Assembly: GCA_963668025.2 (NCBI GenBank)
Contig: CAXXTH010000023.1
Span: 352,001-416,000 of the forward strand
Reading direction: 5' to 3'
DNA length: 64,000 nt
Origin: Candidatus Hydrogenedentota bacterium
GTDB taxonomy: Bacteria; Hydrogenedentota; Hydrogenedentia; Hydrogenedentales; SLHB01
The position numbers and the translations under genes are program-made. This document shows, piece by piece, positions 29,211 to 39,936 of the stretch (its first letter is position 1; each line of letters starts with the position of its first letter). The notes under the pieces were generated by a model. The model was not told the origin of the DNA. It ran no database searches and was given only the letters and a program-made list of their open reading frames with translations.

Positions 29211-30311
29211 CTACTTTTCCTTGGCCGTTTTAAACGCCTTGGCTGTGCTGGACGGCGCGGCGCTTTCCTGCCATACGCCCATCCGGCGGAATTTCTCCCG
29301 CCGTTGTTCGAGCGACCATCCGCCTGCCGCCGCAAGCTCGATAAACCGCTCCAGCTCTGCCGCCAGCACTTGGGCTGCTCCATCGGCGTCCCGGTGGGCT
29401 CCGCCCATGGGCTCCGGCAATATGGCGTCAATAACGCCCAGCTCCTTCAACTCCTGGGCGGTCACCCGCAGGGCGGAAGCCGCCAGCTCCTTGCGTTCCG
29501 CATCGCGCCAGAGAATCTCGGCGCAACGCTCGGGCGGGCAAATCACATAAATGGCGTTCTCGAACATTACGATACGGTCGCCTACGGCGATCCCGAGAGC
29601 GCCGCCGCTGCCACCCTCGCCCAGAATCGCACAGAATACCGGCGTATTCATCCGCATGAGCATCCACAAATTCCGCGCGATGGCCGGGCCTTGCCCATGC
29701 TGCTCCGCTTCTATTCCGGGATGGGCCGCTGGCGTATCCACGAACGTTACAATAGGCAAATGCAGCCGTTCCGCCAATTCGCAGATCCGCATGGCCTTCC
29801 GGTATCCCTCGGGATGGGCCATGCCGAAATTCCGCGCCACCTTCTCTTCCGTGCTGACGCCCTTCTGCTGGCCTATGATTGCCACCGTCTGGCCCTTGAA
29901 GCGCCCGAGGCCGCATACCATCGCCGGATCATCGCCAATCGCACGGTCGCCATGAAGCTCCACAAAATCATCGAGAATCCGTGAAGTGTAATCCAGCATG
30001 CGCGGCCGGTTCGGGTGCCTTGCGAGAAGAACGCGCTGCCAGGGCGTTAGGTTGGCAAATACCCGCTCCCGCTCCCGGCCCAGTTCTTTTTCTATAGAAA
30101 GCTTATCCTTTTTATTCGTGGTTTCCTCTAGCTGTTTTTCCAGCTCGAAAATCCGCTTCTCGAAGGGCAGGCATTGTTCCGCCCCCGATTTTTGATTCTG
30201 TGTTCTACTCTGCACCACGTCTCGGGCTCCCCTGGTATCATTCACCCACATGATGTAGCTGCCGGCCCTATTGCCTAGCATTCGCTTAATTATACTTCGT
30301 AGAGCCCTCAT
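29211..30311 (-). CDS. accA: Acetyl-CoA carboxylase carboxyltransferase alpha subunit (true start probably near 30218)
   Basis: ARHPNRP, ELHGDR, PEGYRKA, GEGGSGGALG, EPMGGAH. Confidence 0.95.
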   Translation of the reverse strand: MRALRSIIKRMLGNRAGSYIMWVNDTRGARDVVQSRTQNQKSGAEQCLPFEKRIFELEKQLEETTNKKDKLSIEKELGRERERVFANLTPWQRVLLARHPNRPRMLDYTSRILDDFVELHGDRAIGDDPAMVCGLGRFKGQTVAIIGQQKGVSTEEKVARNFGMAHPEGYRKAMRICELAERLHLPIVTFVDTPAAHPGIEAEQHGQGPAIARNLWMLMRMNTPVFCAILGEGGSGGALGIAVGDRIVMFENAIYVICPPERCAEILWRDAERKELAASALRVTAQELKELGVIDAILPEPMGGAHRDADGAAQVLAAELERFIELAAAGGWSLEQRREKFRRMGVWQESAAPSSTAKAFKTAKEK

Positions 30312-30550
30312 TAAAAAAGAAAGCAGCGTTGTCTGCCTAAAGTAAATCTGATACCAACACGATTAAAACGAAATATACGCAAAATGTCAAGATTGATTCC
30401 ATCTGTGCTGGCAGCCTGCCCGGCAGCGCCATGCAGCACACCGTTTGGGCAAAAAAAAACCTCGACGGGTAAATTGCTTCCGTCGGGGTCGAGCAGTCAT
30501 CCAACATCAGCGGTTGAGGCCTGCTCAAACTAGCAGGTCATCTCGAACCG

Positions 30551-30691
30551 TCACACTTCTTCGAGCACTTCGTCAAAATACTCGGCGTAGCAGTCCAAAT
30601 GCCAATATTCATCGCCGAGCATCTTTACCTCGCCGAACTGAATTTCCTTCTCATCTATGGCCTCATTGCACAGGGGACAGCTATGTGTCAT
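30551..30691 (-). CDS. 46-aa Zn-finger microprotein (C-x2-C...H-x2-C)
   Basis: AAGGAGGTG RBS upstream; MTHSCPLCNEAI..EYWHLDCYAEYF. Confidence 0.65.
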   Translation of the reverse strand: MTHSCPLCNEAIDEKEIQFGEVKMLGDEYWHLDCYAEYFDEVLEEV

Positions 30692-30997
30692 TTCATGGTC
30701 ACCTCCTTTACAAACGAAATTGTATGTGCTTCCCCATGCACAAACGGCGACCTCTATAACACAACACATCAAGGAAGTCAAGAAAAAACGCTGGCCAGTT
30801 ATTCAAAATAGGTTTGACATGCCTAATAGGCATTTGATATTACGCCATATCTTATTGCATCAGGCGAAATGATGCGGCCATTATTTTTAAGCCCACTGAA
30901 TGTCCTGGCGGACAGGCCGGAAGTGGGATTGGAGTTTTCCGCGATGCGTGTATGCCTCTGATGCCGCTTGCCAAGTGATTATGAAAGCCGGTAATAA

Positions 30998-32791
30998 ATG
31001 AAAATGCATACTTCCCATAACGCCGAAGGCACTTTGTCAAACGTTGGATTCTCTATTTGGTTTGCAAGCGCTACGGTGATAGGCGTTGCATTCATGGCCT
31101 TTCGCTGCAAGACCGCTCTTTTGTACCCCTCGATGCCTCTCGAGGATGGGCGGGAATTATATACCTATTTCAGTGAAAACCATTCGTTGAGTTCCCTCTA
31201 CCGTTTTTATGCGGGGTATGTCTCGTTGCTGCCCAACATGGCGGGATACGCGGTAGTGCGCATGCCTCCCGCATGGGCGCCCTATTTTTTGGCCATTCAT
31301 GCCTTGTTTTGGTGTATGGCCGCTCGGATGGTGTTTGGATTGCGTCGGTTCCGGTTTCTCCTGCCGGATGATCGTGTGCGTATATTGATAGGTTTGTATT
31401 TGTGCATTTATCCTATTGGGAATTACGCAAAGACCTCGGTAACAATGTTCCAGCATTTTCATATGCTGTGGGTGCTGGCGCTGCTGCTGATCGCGCCTCT
31501 GCCAAAAAGCCGGCCCAGCATTGGTGTGCAGGCGGCCCTTCAAGCCATAATGGTGTGGTCGCATCCGCTGGCCATCCTTCTGTCTCCGTTAGCGGCGTGG
31601 AATCTGCTGCGCCGCCGCACAAAGTCCTCATGGCTCTGTAATGGCGTATTTTTAGTCGCTGCGGCCAGTTATGCATTGTATGGCGTCCAATTTCAAAGCA
31701 ATCACGAACGGTCTTGGAGCGCTCTGCTGCGAGGAGCGGGCCAATACTTCACCGAACGGGTTTTCGTGGAAGGATTTTTGGGCAATCCATTGCGGATGCA
31801 TCTAGCGTCGCAAGAGGGCCATGCCACTGCGGCGCTTTTATGCGTTGTGCTTATAATGTCATTTATCGCATTGGGTTTTGGGGCGCGCAAGCGGCTGGGC
31901 AGGCGGGGTGTGGGGATCGCCGCATTAGGGATCGTGGGCGTTTTTCTCTTCACGCTCATCGTGGTGTATGCGCGCAATTTGGATACGATGCCTAAATATT
32001 ATGATATGATATGGGGTCAGCGCTATTTCTACATCCAGCACATTGCGTTGATGTCATTGTTTTTAAGCCTGCTGTATTACGCCATATCCGGTTCTTCCTA
32101 TCCCCGTTCCATGGCTGCTCTAGCATCGGTGTTTCTTGTGGGCTGGGCGGTTTATATGAATGTCCGGAATTGGGATCTCTTCGTGGTGTCTCCGGAGCCG
32201 GGCAAGCAGGTAGCCGCGTTCATGCAGCGCGTGGAAGAAATGCGAAGCAAGCCGTCTGAATTTCCGGAAGATAAGCTTGTGTTGAATCGCGGCCGCTGGA
32301 GCATTCAGGTTCCCAATCCCGTTCCGCCAGAATCTCGGTGCAAGATGTTTACTATGGAAGCAGGCGCGCCCCAATGGCTCTCCTCACAGGCGGTTTGTTC
32401 AAAACGGGCTGATTATGCACATTCTGGCAAACAGGGCTTATGGATCACTTCAGCGCAAGACAAGCCTTGGAACACTGCGTTCGGTCTCAACGAAGATGGC
32501 ACTGCTGGCCCGAAAGCGTTTCAATGCAAGCCAGACTCCCTATATGAGATTTCCGCATGGATACGGGGCGTCAAGTTCGCACCTGGGGAGCAGGTAGTGT
32601 TCACCATACGCGGTAATCGCGGCAAAACTCTTGCTTCCGGCTGCCTTGTCATCACGGAAGCCTGGCAGCAGCTTGTCGTGGAGGTTCAAACGGCTCCAAT
32701 AACGGATGCATTTACGCTGGCTTTTTCCACCGAGCCCGCAAGGGGTGGCATTCAATACGCCATTGACGATATAGTTATACAACCAAAATAG
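30998..32791 (+). CDS. Polytopic GT-C-like membrane protein with C-terminal CBM4/9-like domain
   Basis: EDG motif after TM1, YAGY, about 11 TMs, GQRYF; C-terminal AHSGKQGL..YEISAWIRG..IDDI. Confidence 0.65.
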   Translation: MKMHTSHNAEGTLSNVGFSIWFASATVIGVAFMAFRCKTALLYPSMPLEDGRELYTYFSENHSLSSLYRFYAGYVSLLPNMAGYAVVRMPPAWAPYFLAIHALFWCMAARMVFGLRRFRFLLPDDRVRILIGLYLCIYPIGNYAKTSVTMFQHFHMLWVLALLLIAPLPKSRPSIGVQAALQAIMVWSHPLAILLSPLAAWNLLRRRTKSSWLCNGVFLVAAASYALYGVQFQSNHERSWSALLRGAGQYFTERVFVEGFLGNPLRMHLASQEGHATAALLCVVLIMSFIALGFGARKRLGRRGVGIAALGIVGVFLFTLIVVYARNLDTMPKYYDMIWGQRYFYIQHIALMSLFLSLLYYAISGSSYPRSMAALASVFLVGWAVYMNVRNWDLFVVSPEPGKQVAAFMQRVEEMRSKPSEFPEDKLVLNRGRWSIQVPNPVPPESRCKMFTMEAGAPQWLSSQAVCSKRADYAHSGKQGLWITSAQDKPWNTAFGLNEDGTAGPKAFQCKPDSLYEISAWIRGVKFAPGEQVVFTIRGNRGKTLASGCLVITEAWQQLVVEVQTAPITDAFTLAFSTEPARGGIQYAIDDIVIQPK

Positions 32792-32863
32792 AGCCGCCGT
32801 TTCATAAAAGCAGCAAATGTGTAACCGGGCTTTGAAACGCTTGATGAGAAATGGGCCTTAAAA

Positions 32864-34279
32864 ATGGACGAGACCCAGTCCCCCGAACTGAGCATCATTC
32901 TGCCCGTATTCAATGAAATCCGAACGCTGCCCAAAATTCTAAAGGCCATTCAAGAGGCTCCTTTCCTCATTTCCCACGAACTCATTCTCGTGGATGATGG
33001 CTCGACGGACGGCAGCCGGGCGTTTCTTGAACAATACCAGGCTGGGCGTTCCCATGTGCGCCTGGTGCTGCATGAGCGCAACCGGGGCAAAGGGGCCGCC
33101 GTGCGCAGCGGCATACAGGCCGCCACCGGCTCGTGGATTGTCGTGCAAGACGCCGATCTCGAATATGACCCAGCCGACATCAACCAGTTGCTCGAGCCTG
33201 CCCTGCTTGGCCTCGCGGATTTGGTCTTAGGCTCGCGCTTCATGCCCGGCCGTTACCGTCGCGCCATGTATTTTTGGCATGCCCTGGCGAATCATATTCT
33301 AACCACGGCAGCCAATATGCTTGCGGACTTGAACCTTACGGATATGGAAACCTGTCTCAAACTCGCACGCGCAAGCCTGTTGAAAGTGGTGGATCTCCGA
33401 AACGAACGCTTCGACATCGAGCCTGAACTGGTGATCAAACTGAGCCGGTGCCGCGCCCGCATTTATGAGACGCCCGTCACCTATCGGGGGCGCACCTACG
33501 CCGAAGGGAAAAAAATCGGCGGGTGGGATGCCTTCGAGGCCTTTTGGGCTATCCTGCGCGCCCGCTTCACCTCGAGGCTGTCCACCCATCCCGGCTTCGC
33601 AGCTTTACTTGCGATGCAGCGGGCCTCACGAACCAACCGCTGGTTCTTCTCGAAACTTGCTCCCTACGTGGGGAAGGAAGTGCTCGAGGTAGGCTCGGGT
33701 ATCGGAGCGTATACGGAGATGTTTCTAGACCGCGACCGCATTGTATGCGTGGACAACGAGCCTCTTTATTGTGAAAGGCTCGATGGGGCCTACGGCCATC
33801 TCGAGAACATGCACGTGGTCAGGGCGGATATTACCCAAGCGCAGGAATGGGAGCGCATCACCGCCGGAGGGGCGTTCGATACCGTCTTGTGCATCAATAC
33901 GCTCGAACACATCGAGCGCGACGAGGAGGCGCTTCAGCATTTCGCCGAAGCCCTGCAAGAAGGCGGCCGCTTGCTAATCCTTGCACCCCTGAATTCCGCA
34001 TTGCATTCCTCGATAGACACCCACGCCGCGCATTGCCGCCGGTATACGGAAGAAGAGCTGGCTGCGAAAATATCGAGAGCGGGGCTAGAAGTGAAATCGA
34101 TGTTTGGCTTCAACCGGGCAGGTGCGTTGGGCAGGCGCATGTTTGGCCATACAAGACTCCCTGCATCCTGCATTCGGCTTTTCGATTATATGCTGCCGCT
34201 GGCCAAGCTCTTCGAACACATTCCAGTTCATGGTTTTTGCAGCCTGGTTTGCATTGCGGAAAAGCCCAAACGCGCGTAA
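32864..34279 (+). CDS. GT2 glycosyltransferase fused to a class I SAM methyltransferase
   Basis: VDDGSTDG, NRGKGAA, QDADLEYDP, DMETC; LEVGSGIG, NTLEHIE. Confidence 0.9.
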   Translation: MDETQSPELSIILPVFNEIRTLPKILKAIQEAPFLISHELILVDDGSTDGSRAFLEQYQAGRSHVRLVLHERNRGKGAAVRSGIQAATGSWIVVQDADLEYDPADINQLLEPALLGLADLVLGSRFMPGRYRRAMYFWHALANHILTTAANMLADLNLTDMETCLKLARASLLKVVDLRNERFDIEPELVIKLSRCRARIYETPVTYRGRTYAEGKKIGGWDAFEAFWAILRARFTSRLSTHPGFAALLAMQRASRTNRWFFSKLAPYVGKEVLEVGSGIGAYTEMFLDRDRIVCVDNEPLYCERLDGAYGHLENMHVVRADITQAQEWERITAGGAFDTVLCINTLEHIERDEEALQHFAEALQEGGRLLILAPLNSALHSSIDTHAAHCRRYTEEELAAKISRAGLEVKSMFGFNRAGALGRRMFGHTRLPASCIRLFDYMLPLAKLFEHIPVHGFCSLVCIAEKPKRA

Positions 34280-34280
34280 C

Positions 34281-34505
34281 CGCCGCATACAAAGTGTTTC
34301 GTTTTTTTACCGCGAATGGACGCGAATGAACGCGAACATATCCTCTAAAATGTTTTTGCAACTCCCGTGGCATGGGCGTCTCGCCCATGCGAGAAAGGAG
34401 GGGGCGCATACAACGGACTCCTACAACAGCCCCCAAAAAGCATATCTCGTAACGATTTAATATGATTTTCATGCGGAATCTTCACAAGAAAACAACGTTT
34501 TACCA
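34281..34505 (+). repeat. REP-containing dispersed repeat, copy B
   Basis: CGCGAATGGA-like triplet (34311-34337), GTGGCATGGGCGTCTCGCCCATGC hairpin, CAAGAAAACAACGTTTT tail. Confidence 0.65.
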
Positions 34506-34532
34506 GCTAATTGAACATGCGCGGCTCTTGCG

Positions 34533-35303
34533 TTATGGAGAGGAAGCCGGGCTTGTTTCTTCTGTTTTATCGATGACTTCCACTCCTGGCGGCGGCGAAT
34601 ATTGAAATTGGGTTTCCTCGATGGGGGGATTCAACACAATGTGGTTGAATTTGAGCTCCATTAGCGGCTGGCCTTGCGCATTGAGCAAGGCCATGATAAC
34701 AAGAATCGCCGTCTCACGATCAAAATAGAGGAGCATGCGTTCCGCTTCGGGCAACTCTTGACGACTGCCCGCGCGCGGCCTCCCCTCGATTACATAAGCG
34801 GCGCGTTCGCCCAGCATTTTATCTGGAAGACGCTTCAAGTCATATTGCGCCTTCAGTTTTTTCAACTTCTCCGCACCGCCGCCCGGCGTGGAAGCCTCCT
34901 TCTCCGCTTTGCGCAAGGCGCGTGTTTTCGTCACCTTGACGGTATTGCGCACATGGCTTTCCGTATAAGTGGACACGCCATCGGACACCGTCAGCACGCG
35001 GGTATCGACTTGCAGCAAATTCCACGGCCCGCCGCCCACCGTGCCCGACAGTTCACTGCGCTGGCGCGCGCGGCCTTCCTCGATCCGCTGGAAAAGCAGG
35101 GGCCCTTTCATGTCGCTCGTCATGCGGACCCCCGAGCGCGTGATGTCCAAATGCATCTGCATTTCCGCCGAGTAGGCCCCGAGCTGTTCCCATCGGGCCT
35201 CGAGTTCCTTTTCAAAGGCGTCGAGATTCTCATCTTGTCCATGGGCTAAGAATGGAATAAGCAGCCCGAACGCCATTGCTTGTGCGGCACGCGCCTGGTG
35301 CAT
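34533..35303 (-). CDS. LolA-like outer-membrane lipoprotein carrier / sorting-fold protein
   Basis: Signal peptide, VSDG, LYFDRET, LNPPIEETQFQYSPPPGVEVID; AAGGAGG RBS. Confidence 0.75.
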   Translation of the reverse strand: MHQARAAQAMAFGLLIPFLAHGQDENLDAFEKELEARWEQLGAYSAEMQMHLDITRSGVRMTSDMKGPLLFQRIEEGRARQRSELSGTVGGGPWNLLQVDTRVLTVSDGVSTYTESHVRNTVKVTKTRALRKAEKEASTPGGGAEKLKKLKAQYDLKRLPDKMLGERAAYVIEGRPRAGSRQELPEAERMLLYFDRETAILVIMALLNAQGQPLMELKFNHIVLNPPIEETQFQYSPPPGVEVIDKTEETSPASSP

Positions 35304-35507
35304 TTGCGCCTCCTTTCCAGCTTCTTTTTGTATAAATAGAAGCTCTTCATGCGGATATATTTTATGACAGTATATACCCAATCCAGATTGGCAAATGGGC
35401 TCGCGCCGTTTTTTCATTGCGAACAAGATACTTATCCTTGCGGTTAAAGCAAAAATAAAATAATATATAACTCTAAATAGGTGAAATATTGACATGAGGG
35501 ACTCGGC

Positions 35508-37094
35508 ATGCCGGTTTGTTTGTGGACGTTCATGATTGCTGCCGCCACCTTAGGAGCAGTGAATCCGGTTTACTCGCCAGCATGCGATGCATATGGCTAT
35601 TGTGAGCCGCCATATCAGCTAGACAGTGGGCCACACCTCTTTATTGATTGGCGTTATGTGAATGCTGGAAGAGTGCAATGGATGACGCGAGATGGCAGGG
35701 ACGCTGACGCATTTGACAATATTGACCCCGCCAGTGTGGTTGGAGCCAATGATTGCTTGCCGATGGGCATCCGGCTCGAAGCGCAGCCTGCCGTGAAGAT
35801 AGGCCCGATTATCTCCACAGATAAGCCATGGGAGGGCGTCTTCAGTTGTTCCTCTTTGCTCCATGACAAAGGTACATTTCGGCTTTGGTATGAGGTGAAG
35901 CCGGTTAAAAATACGGCGGCCGAGGGCGATAGCCCGTATTATACGTACGTGATTTGTTATGCCGAATCAGACGACGGGCTGAATTGGAAGAAGCCTTCCC
36001 TTGGCCGGTATGAATGGGAAGGCAGTAAGGATAATAATATTGTTTTTGGCGGCTTGATGACGCCAATGGGCATCAATGGATTCTCCATATTCGTTGATCC
36101 AAAAGCGGCGGCTGATGAACTATACAAGATCATCTTTACTTCGAAAACAAACAAAGAAACCCTGGAACACTACCAGCAAAAGTATCCAGCATCCGTGACT
36201 TCTATTGGAGCTGGAAGGCATGGTGCTGTGTATGGAGCGGTTTCCCCAGATGGATTACAGTGGAAGCTCATCGAAGAGCCGCTCCTGATTCACTTGAGCG
36301 ACACGCAATCCATCGCCTATTTTGACGAAATTTTGAATAGATATGTGGGGTACTTCCGGACATTTGTCATGGGCCGGAGGGCTATTTGCCGCGCGGAAAC
36401 AGATGACTTTTATCATTGGCCTTCGCCCGAGCTGCTCCTGTGGAGTGAACCGGGCGAGGATTCATCCTCGGATTATTACATGAACAGCAAGTCGCTATAT
36501 CCAGGAACCCGCACCATGCACCTCATGTTTCCCGCGGTATACGAGCGGCGATATGATTCGATTTCGTTGCGCATGGCTGCGAGCCTTACCGGGCGTGAAT
36601 GGCAGTGGCTGCCTGGGGGATATGTGTTGCAGCCGGGGCCATCGGGAAGCTGGGACGCTGGGCTTATATCAGGAGGCTGTGGGCTCGAGGAAATCCCGGA
36701 TGGCCGCACCGTGCTGCCTTTTACCGGTTATCAATTGCCGCATAAATTCCCACGTTCCGTACCGGTAGGGGCAATCGGCCTCGCCTCATGGAAAAAAGAA
36801 CGCTTAGTGGCCTTGTGCGCGGATGAGATGGGGGAGTTCTACACCATCCCTCTTGCGCCCAAGGGCCGCCGCTTGTTTCTGAACTACGAAACGCGGGGAA
36901 CAGGCTGGATCAAAGCGGGCGTGGTGGGAAGCAACACCCAGAGTGTCGCCAATTGCGACCGGCTGGCGGGTGATGCAGTGAAAGCGCCCGTGACATGGCA
37001 AGGCCAGGATGCTATCGAGCTGGATGAAGATGGCGCCGTGGCGCTCCACGTTCAGATGTGCGCCGCCAAGCTGTATAGTTTCGAGTTTCGTTGA
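35508..37094 (+). CDS. Secreted five-bladed beta-propeller glycosidase-like protein
   Basis: FRLWY, CYAESDDGLNWKKP, SPDGLQW repeats. Confidence 0.65.
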   Translation: MPVCLWTFMIAAATLGAVNPVYSPACDAYGYCEPPYQLDSGPHLFIDWRYVNAGRVQWMTRDGRDADAFDNIDPASVVGANDCLPMGIRLEAQPAVKIGPIISTDKPWEGVFSCSSLLHDKGTFRLWYEVKPVKNTAAEGDSPYYTYVICYAESDDGLNWKKPSLGRYEWEGSKDNNIVFGGLMTPMGINGFSIFVDPKAAADELYKIIFTSKTNKETLEHYQQKYPASVTSIGAGRHGAVYGAVSPDGLQWKLIEEPLLIHLSDTQSIAYFDEILNRYVGYFRTFVMGRRAICRAETDDFYHWPSPELLLWSEPGEDSSSDYYMNSKSLYPGTRTMHLMFPAVYERRYDSISLRMAASLTGREWQWLPGGYVLQPGPSGSWDAGLISGGCGLEEIPDGRTVLPFTGYQLPHKFPRSVPVGAIGLASWKKERLVALCADEMGEFYTIPLAPKGRRLFLNYETRGTGWIKAGVVGSNTQSVANCDRLAGDAVKAPVTWQGQDAIELDEDGAVALHVQMCAAKLYSFEFR

Positions 37095-37153
37095 GCTTCG
37101 CGCTCAAGCATTTCGCTGGCGAAACACATACAGTCCAAGGACGCGGCGTTTCC

Positions 37154-38275
37154 CTAAACCTGCGGCGCACCTCGATGTTTGAGTTCATGGACGGCGGCTT
37201 TCACGTCCTGCGCACGGTCTTTGGGGAGAACCAACACGGCGTCGCCGGTGGCCACCACAATCACATCCGACATGCCGATGACGCTGACAGCCATCTTTTT
37301 CGGCCCTGGTTCGTTATATATGATGCAATTCGAGCAATCTATCGCTACCGGCTCGCCGAAGAGGACATTCCCTTGTGCGTCTCCCTCGAACGTGCGCTCT
37401 AGGGCAGGCCATGCGCCTACATCATCCCATGGGAAATCGGCCCGAACCATTATGACGCGCTGGGCGTGTTCGAGAAGCGCATAATCGATGGAGATATCTT
37501 CGAGCGCTTCAAAAATCGCATTCACCCGTTCGTTGCAGCCCGCGCGCAGCGCCTGCGCCAAATCTTCGACAGCGCGAGCCAGAGAAGGCCGTGCGATGCG
37601 TAATTCATTTAGAAATACGCTCACCCGCCAGAAAAACATTCCGCTGTTCCAATAATACGAACCTGCCGCTAGAAATGTTTCCGCCGTGCCTCGATTGGGT
37701 TTTTCATGGTAAGCATGGACCGCATACGCGGGGACATCGGCTTCACCGCCTGCGATGGCCAGCGGCCCGCCCATGGCCTGGATATACCCATAACCGGTCT
37801 CGGGGCGGTCTGGCACGATGCCCAGGACCACCAGCGCATCTTGCTCTTCCGCCGCCGCCAAAGCCGTGCGGGCTACGGCTTGGAACCGCGCGGCATCTCC
37901 GATGCGGTGGTCCGCGGTGGTTACGGCCAGCAGCAGATCCGAACCGTCGGAATCATGCGTGGCCATGGCATACGCCGCGGTATACGCGAGCGCACCGGAC
38001 GTGTTGCGTTTGCACGGTTCCGCGATGACATGCTCCGAGGGAATGCCCAGCGAGGCCTTTTGTATGGCTTCCACGAGCGGTTTGCCCGTCACCACATAGA
38101 CATGCCCGCCATCCACCACGCCTTTCAGGAGGCCCACGGATTGTTCGAGCATGGACACATGGGGATTAGCCAGCCGCAGCAGTTGCTTAGGCCGTTCCAT
38201 GCGTGACAAGGGCCAGAACCGTTCGCCCGTGCCGCCCGCCAGAATAATGCCGATTCGTGTGCAAGACGGATTCAT
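37154..38275 (-). CDS. manC: Mannose-1-phosphate guanylyltransferase
   Basis: LAGGTGERFWPLSR..PKQ, PETGYGYI, EKP, WNSGMF, SIDYA. Confidence 0.93.
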   Translation of the reverse strand: MNPSCTRIGIILAGGTGERFWPLSRMERPKQLLRLANPHVSMLEQSVGLLKGVVDGGHVYVVTGKPLVEAIQKASLGIPSEHVIAEPCKRNTSGALAYTAAYAMATHDSDGSDLLLAVTTADHRIGDAARFQAVARTALAAAEEQDALVVLGIVPDRPETGYGYIQAMGGPLAIAGGEADVPAYAVHAYHEKPNRGTAETFLAAGSYYWNSGMFFWRVSVFLNELRIARPSLARAVEDLAQALRAGCNERVNAIFEALEDISIDYALLEHAQRVIMVRADFPWDDVGAWPALERTFEGDAQGNVLFGEPVAIDCSNCIIYNEPGPKKMAVSVIGMSDVIVVATGDAVLVLPKDRAQDVKAAVHELKHRGAPQV

Positions 38276-38543
38276 ACATCGGCCTCCTTTTTCGCATGAT
38301 GAGAAAAGTGTCGTATTGATCTCGATTAATACCAGCTTTATGAATAAACCGCAAGAATAAAGGATTGGAGCTATTTGATGTGAATTGGTTTTCATGGCAA
38401 TTTCTCTTGACGCAATGGTGTTTTCCTCAAAAGTGATACAGAATTGTTTTTGAGATTTGAATAGTAAATGAAGTGTTTCTATTCACATCAGTATGAAAAT
38501 CCAGCTAAAAGCTTTTGATGGCGGCCTGCACAGGAGGACACAC

Positions 38544-39137
38544 ATGGGTATCGGCCAATCGGATAATCCAAGCGGCTTGTTTCATATCTGGTTCAATGAG
38601 GCCAAGGCGCACCCAGGCATTCAGGATGCCACAGCCATGGCCCTCGCTACGGCGGACGAGTCGGGCGCGCCAAATGTGCGCATAGTGCTGCTCAAGGAAG
38701 CGGATGAACGCGGTTTTGTCTTTTTTACCAACATCGAGAGCATCAAAGGCCGGGAACTCGAGGCGAATCCCCGCGCGGCGCTCTGTTTTTATTGGGCTCC
38801 CCTCGGACGCCAAGTACGTGTGCGCGGGCCGGTGGCTCCAGTCGACGCCGCAAAAGCCGACGCCTATTTCGCCAGCCGCGAACGCCAATCCTGTGTCGGC
38901 GCGTGGGCGTCAAAGCAGTCGCGTCCCCTTGTAAAAGGGCTCGAACTTGAGACGCGCGTGGCGGCGTATGCCGCCCGGTTCGGCATAGGGCCAATACCGC
39001 GTCCTGCGTTCTGGTCGGGATTCTGCTTGTCTCCTGAAACCATCGAATTTTGGCAAGAAGGCAAAAACCGTTTGCACGAGCGCCTGCTCTATTCGCGAAC
39101 AAACAACGCCTGGGCGGCGAAGCGCTTATATCCTTGA
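38544..39137 (+). CDS. pdxH: Pyridoxamine 5'-phosphate oxidase
   Basis: RIVLLK, FFTN, RQVRVRG, WASKQS, EFWQ..RLHER. Confidence 0.95.
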   Translation: MGIGQSDNPSGLFHIWFNEAKAHPGIQDATAMALATADESGAPNVRIVLLKEADERGFVFFTNIESIKGRELEANPRAALCFYWAPLGRQVRVRGPVAPVDAAKADAYFASRERQSCVGAWASKQSRPLVKGLELETRVAAYAARFGIGPIPRPAFWSGFCLSPETIEFWQEGKNRLHERLLYSRTNNAWAAKRLYP

Positions 39138-39423
39138 ATGAGACAAAAGTGTCCTGCACAACTCTGTGCAATACGCAAACAAAAAGAGGTTTTCGGGAGT
39201 TGTTTTGATCTCGGATGAACGATCTTTCGGATGAAAGACTATACGCCAAGTTGCGCCCCATCTTCGTTAACTGGGCAGGATATGTGGGATTTACCTTCTA
39301 TTTTTCGCGCATTTCACCTATTTCGAGATCGGAGGTTAGTTTTTCTTCCTGATAATGGCCTGTTTTGGCGCAACTCTTGCTCTCCTTTTTTCGTATTCGT
39401 GTTTTGTGAACAGCGGTGATGCG

Positions 39424-39801
39424 ATGGCGCAAATTGTAGTGATAGAAGACGAGCCGGTTTTGCGGCTCACCTTCCGGCATATTCTCGAGTCGGCGGGGCA
39501 TTGTGTCTGGGATGCGGGTAATGGGCGGGACGGCATTGCGCAGTGTCGTGAACACCGGCCTGATCTCGTGATTACCGATGTGATTATGCCCGAATTATCT
39601 GGAAATGAAGCGGTGGCCATTCTACAAGAAGAGTTTCCTAATATGCCGGTGATCGCCATGTCCGGCCTGCCTGTGCGGACTCCCGTTGGCCGTAAAGGCT
39701 TCTGCTTTGTCCTGAAGCCTATCGCTCCGGCCTCCTTGCTCGGCTTAGTGCGGAGCATGCTCTCTCCCAACGCCAATCATTCCACTCCCGCCGCACAATA
39801 A
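39424..39801 (+). CDS. Stand-alone response regulator receiver (CheY-like)
   Basis: IEDE, ITDVIMP, IAMSG, KP. Confidence 0.9.
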   Translation: MAQIVVIEDEPVLRLTFRHILESAGHCVWDAGNGRDGIAQCREHRPDLVITDVIMPELSGNEAVAILQEEFPNMPVIAMSGLPVRTPVGRKGFCFVLKPIAPASLLGLVRSMLSPNANHSTPAAQ

Positions 39802-39936
39802 TCCTTTTCTGTTGCATATCAAATAAAAAAATAACCCAAAAAGCATCAAAAAAGGGGAAGGAGATGCGCATACTCGGTGTTTACATAATAATATGCGGTC
39901 TCAGCCGCATATAACAAAACCAACAACCCATAGGGA

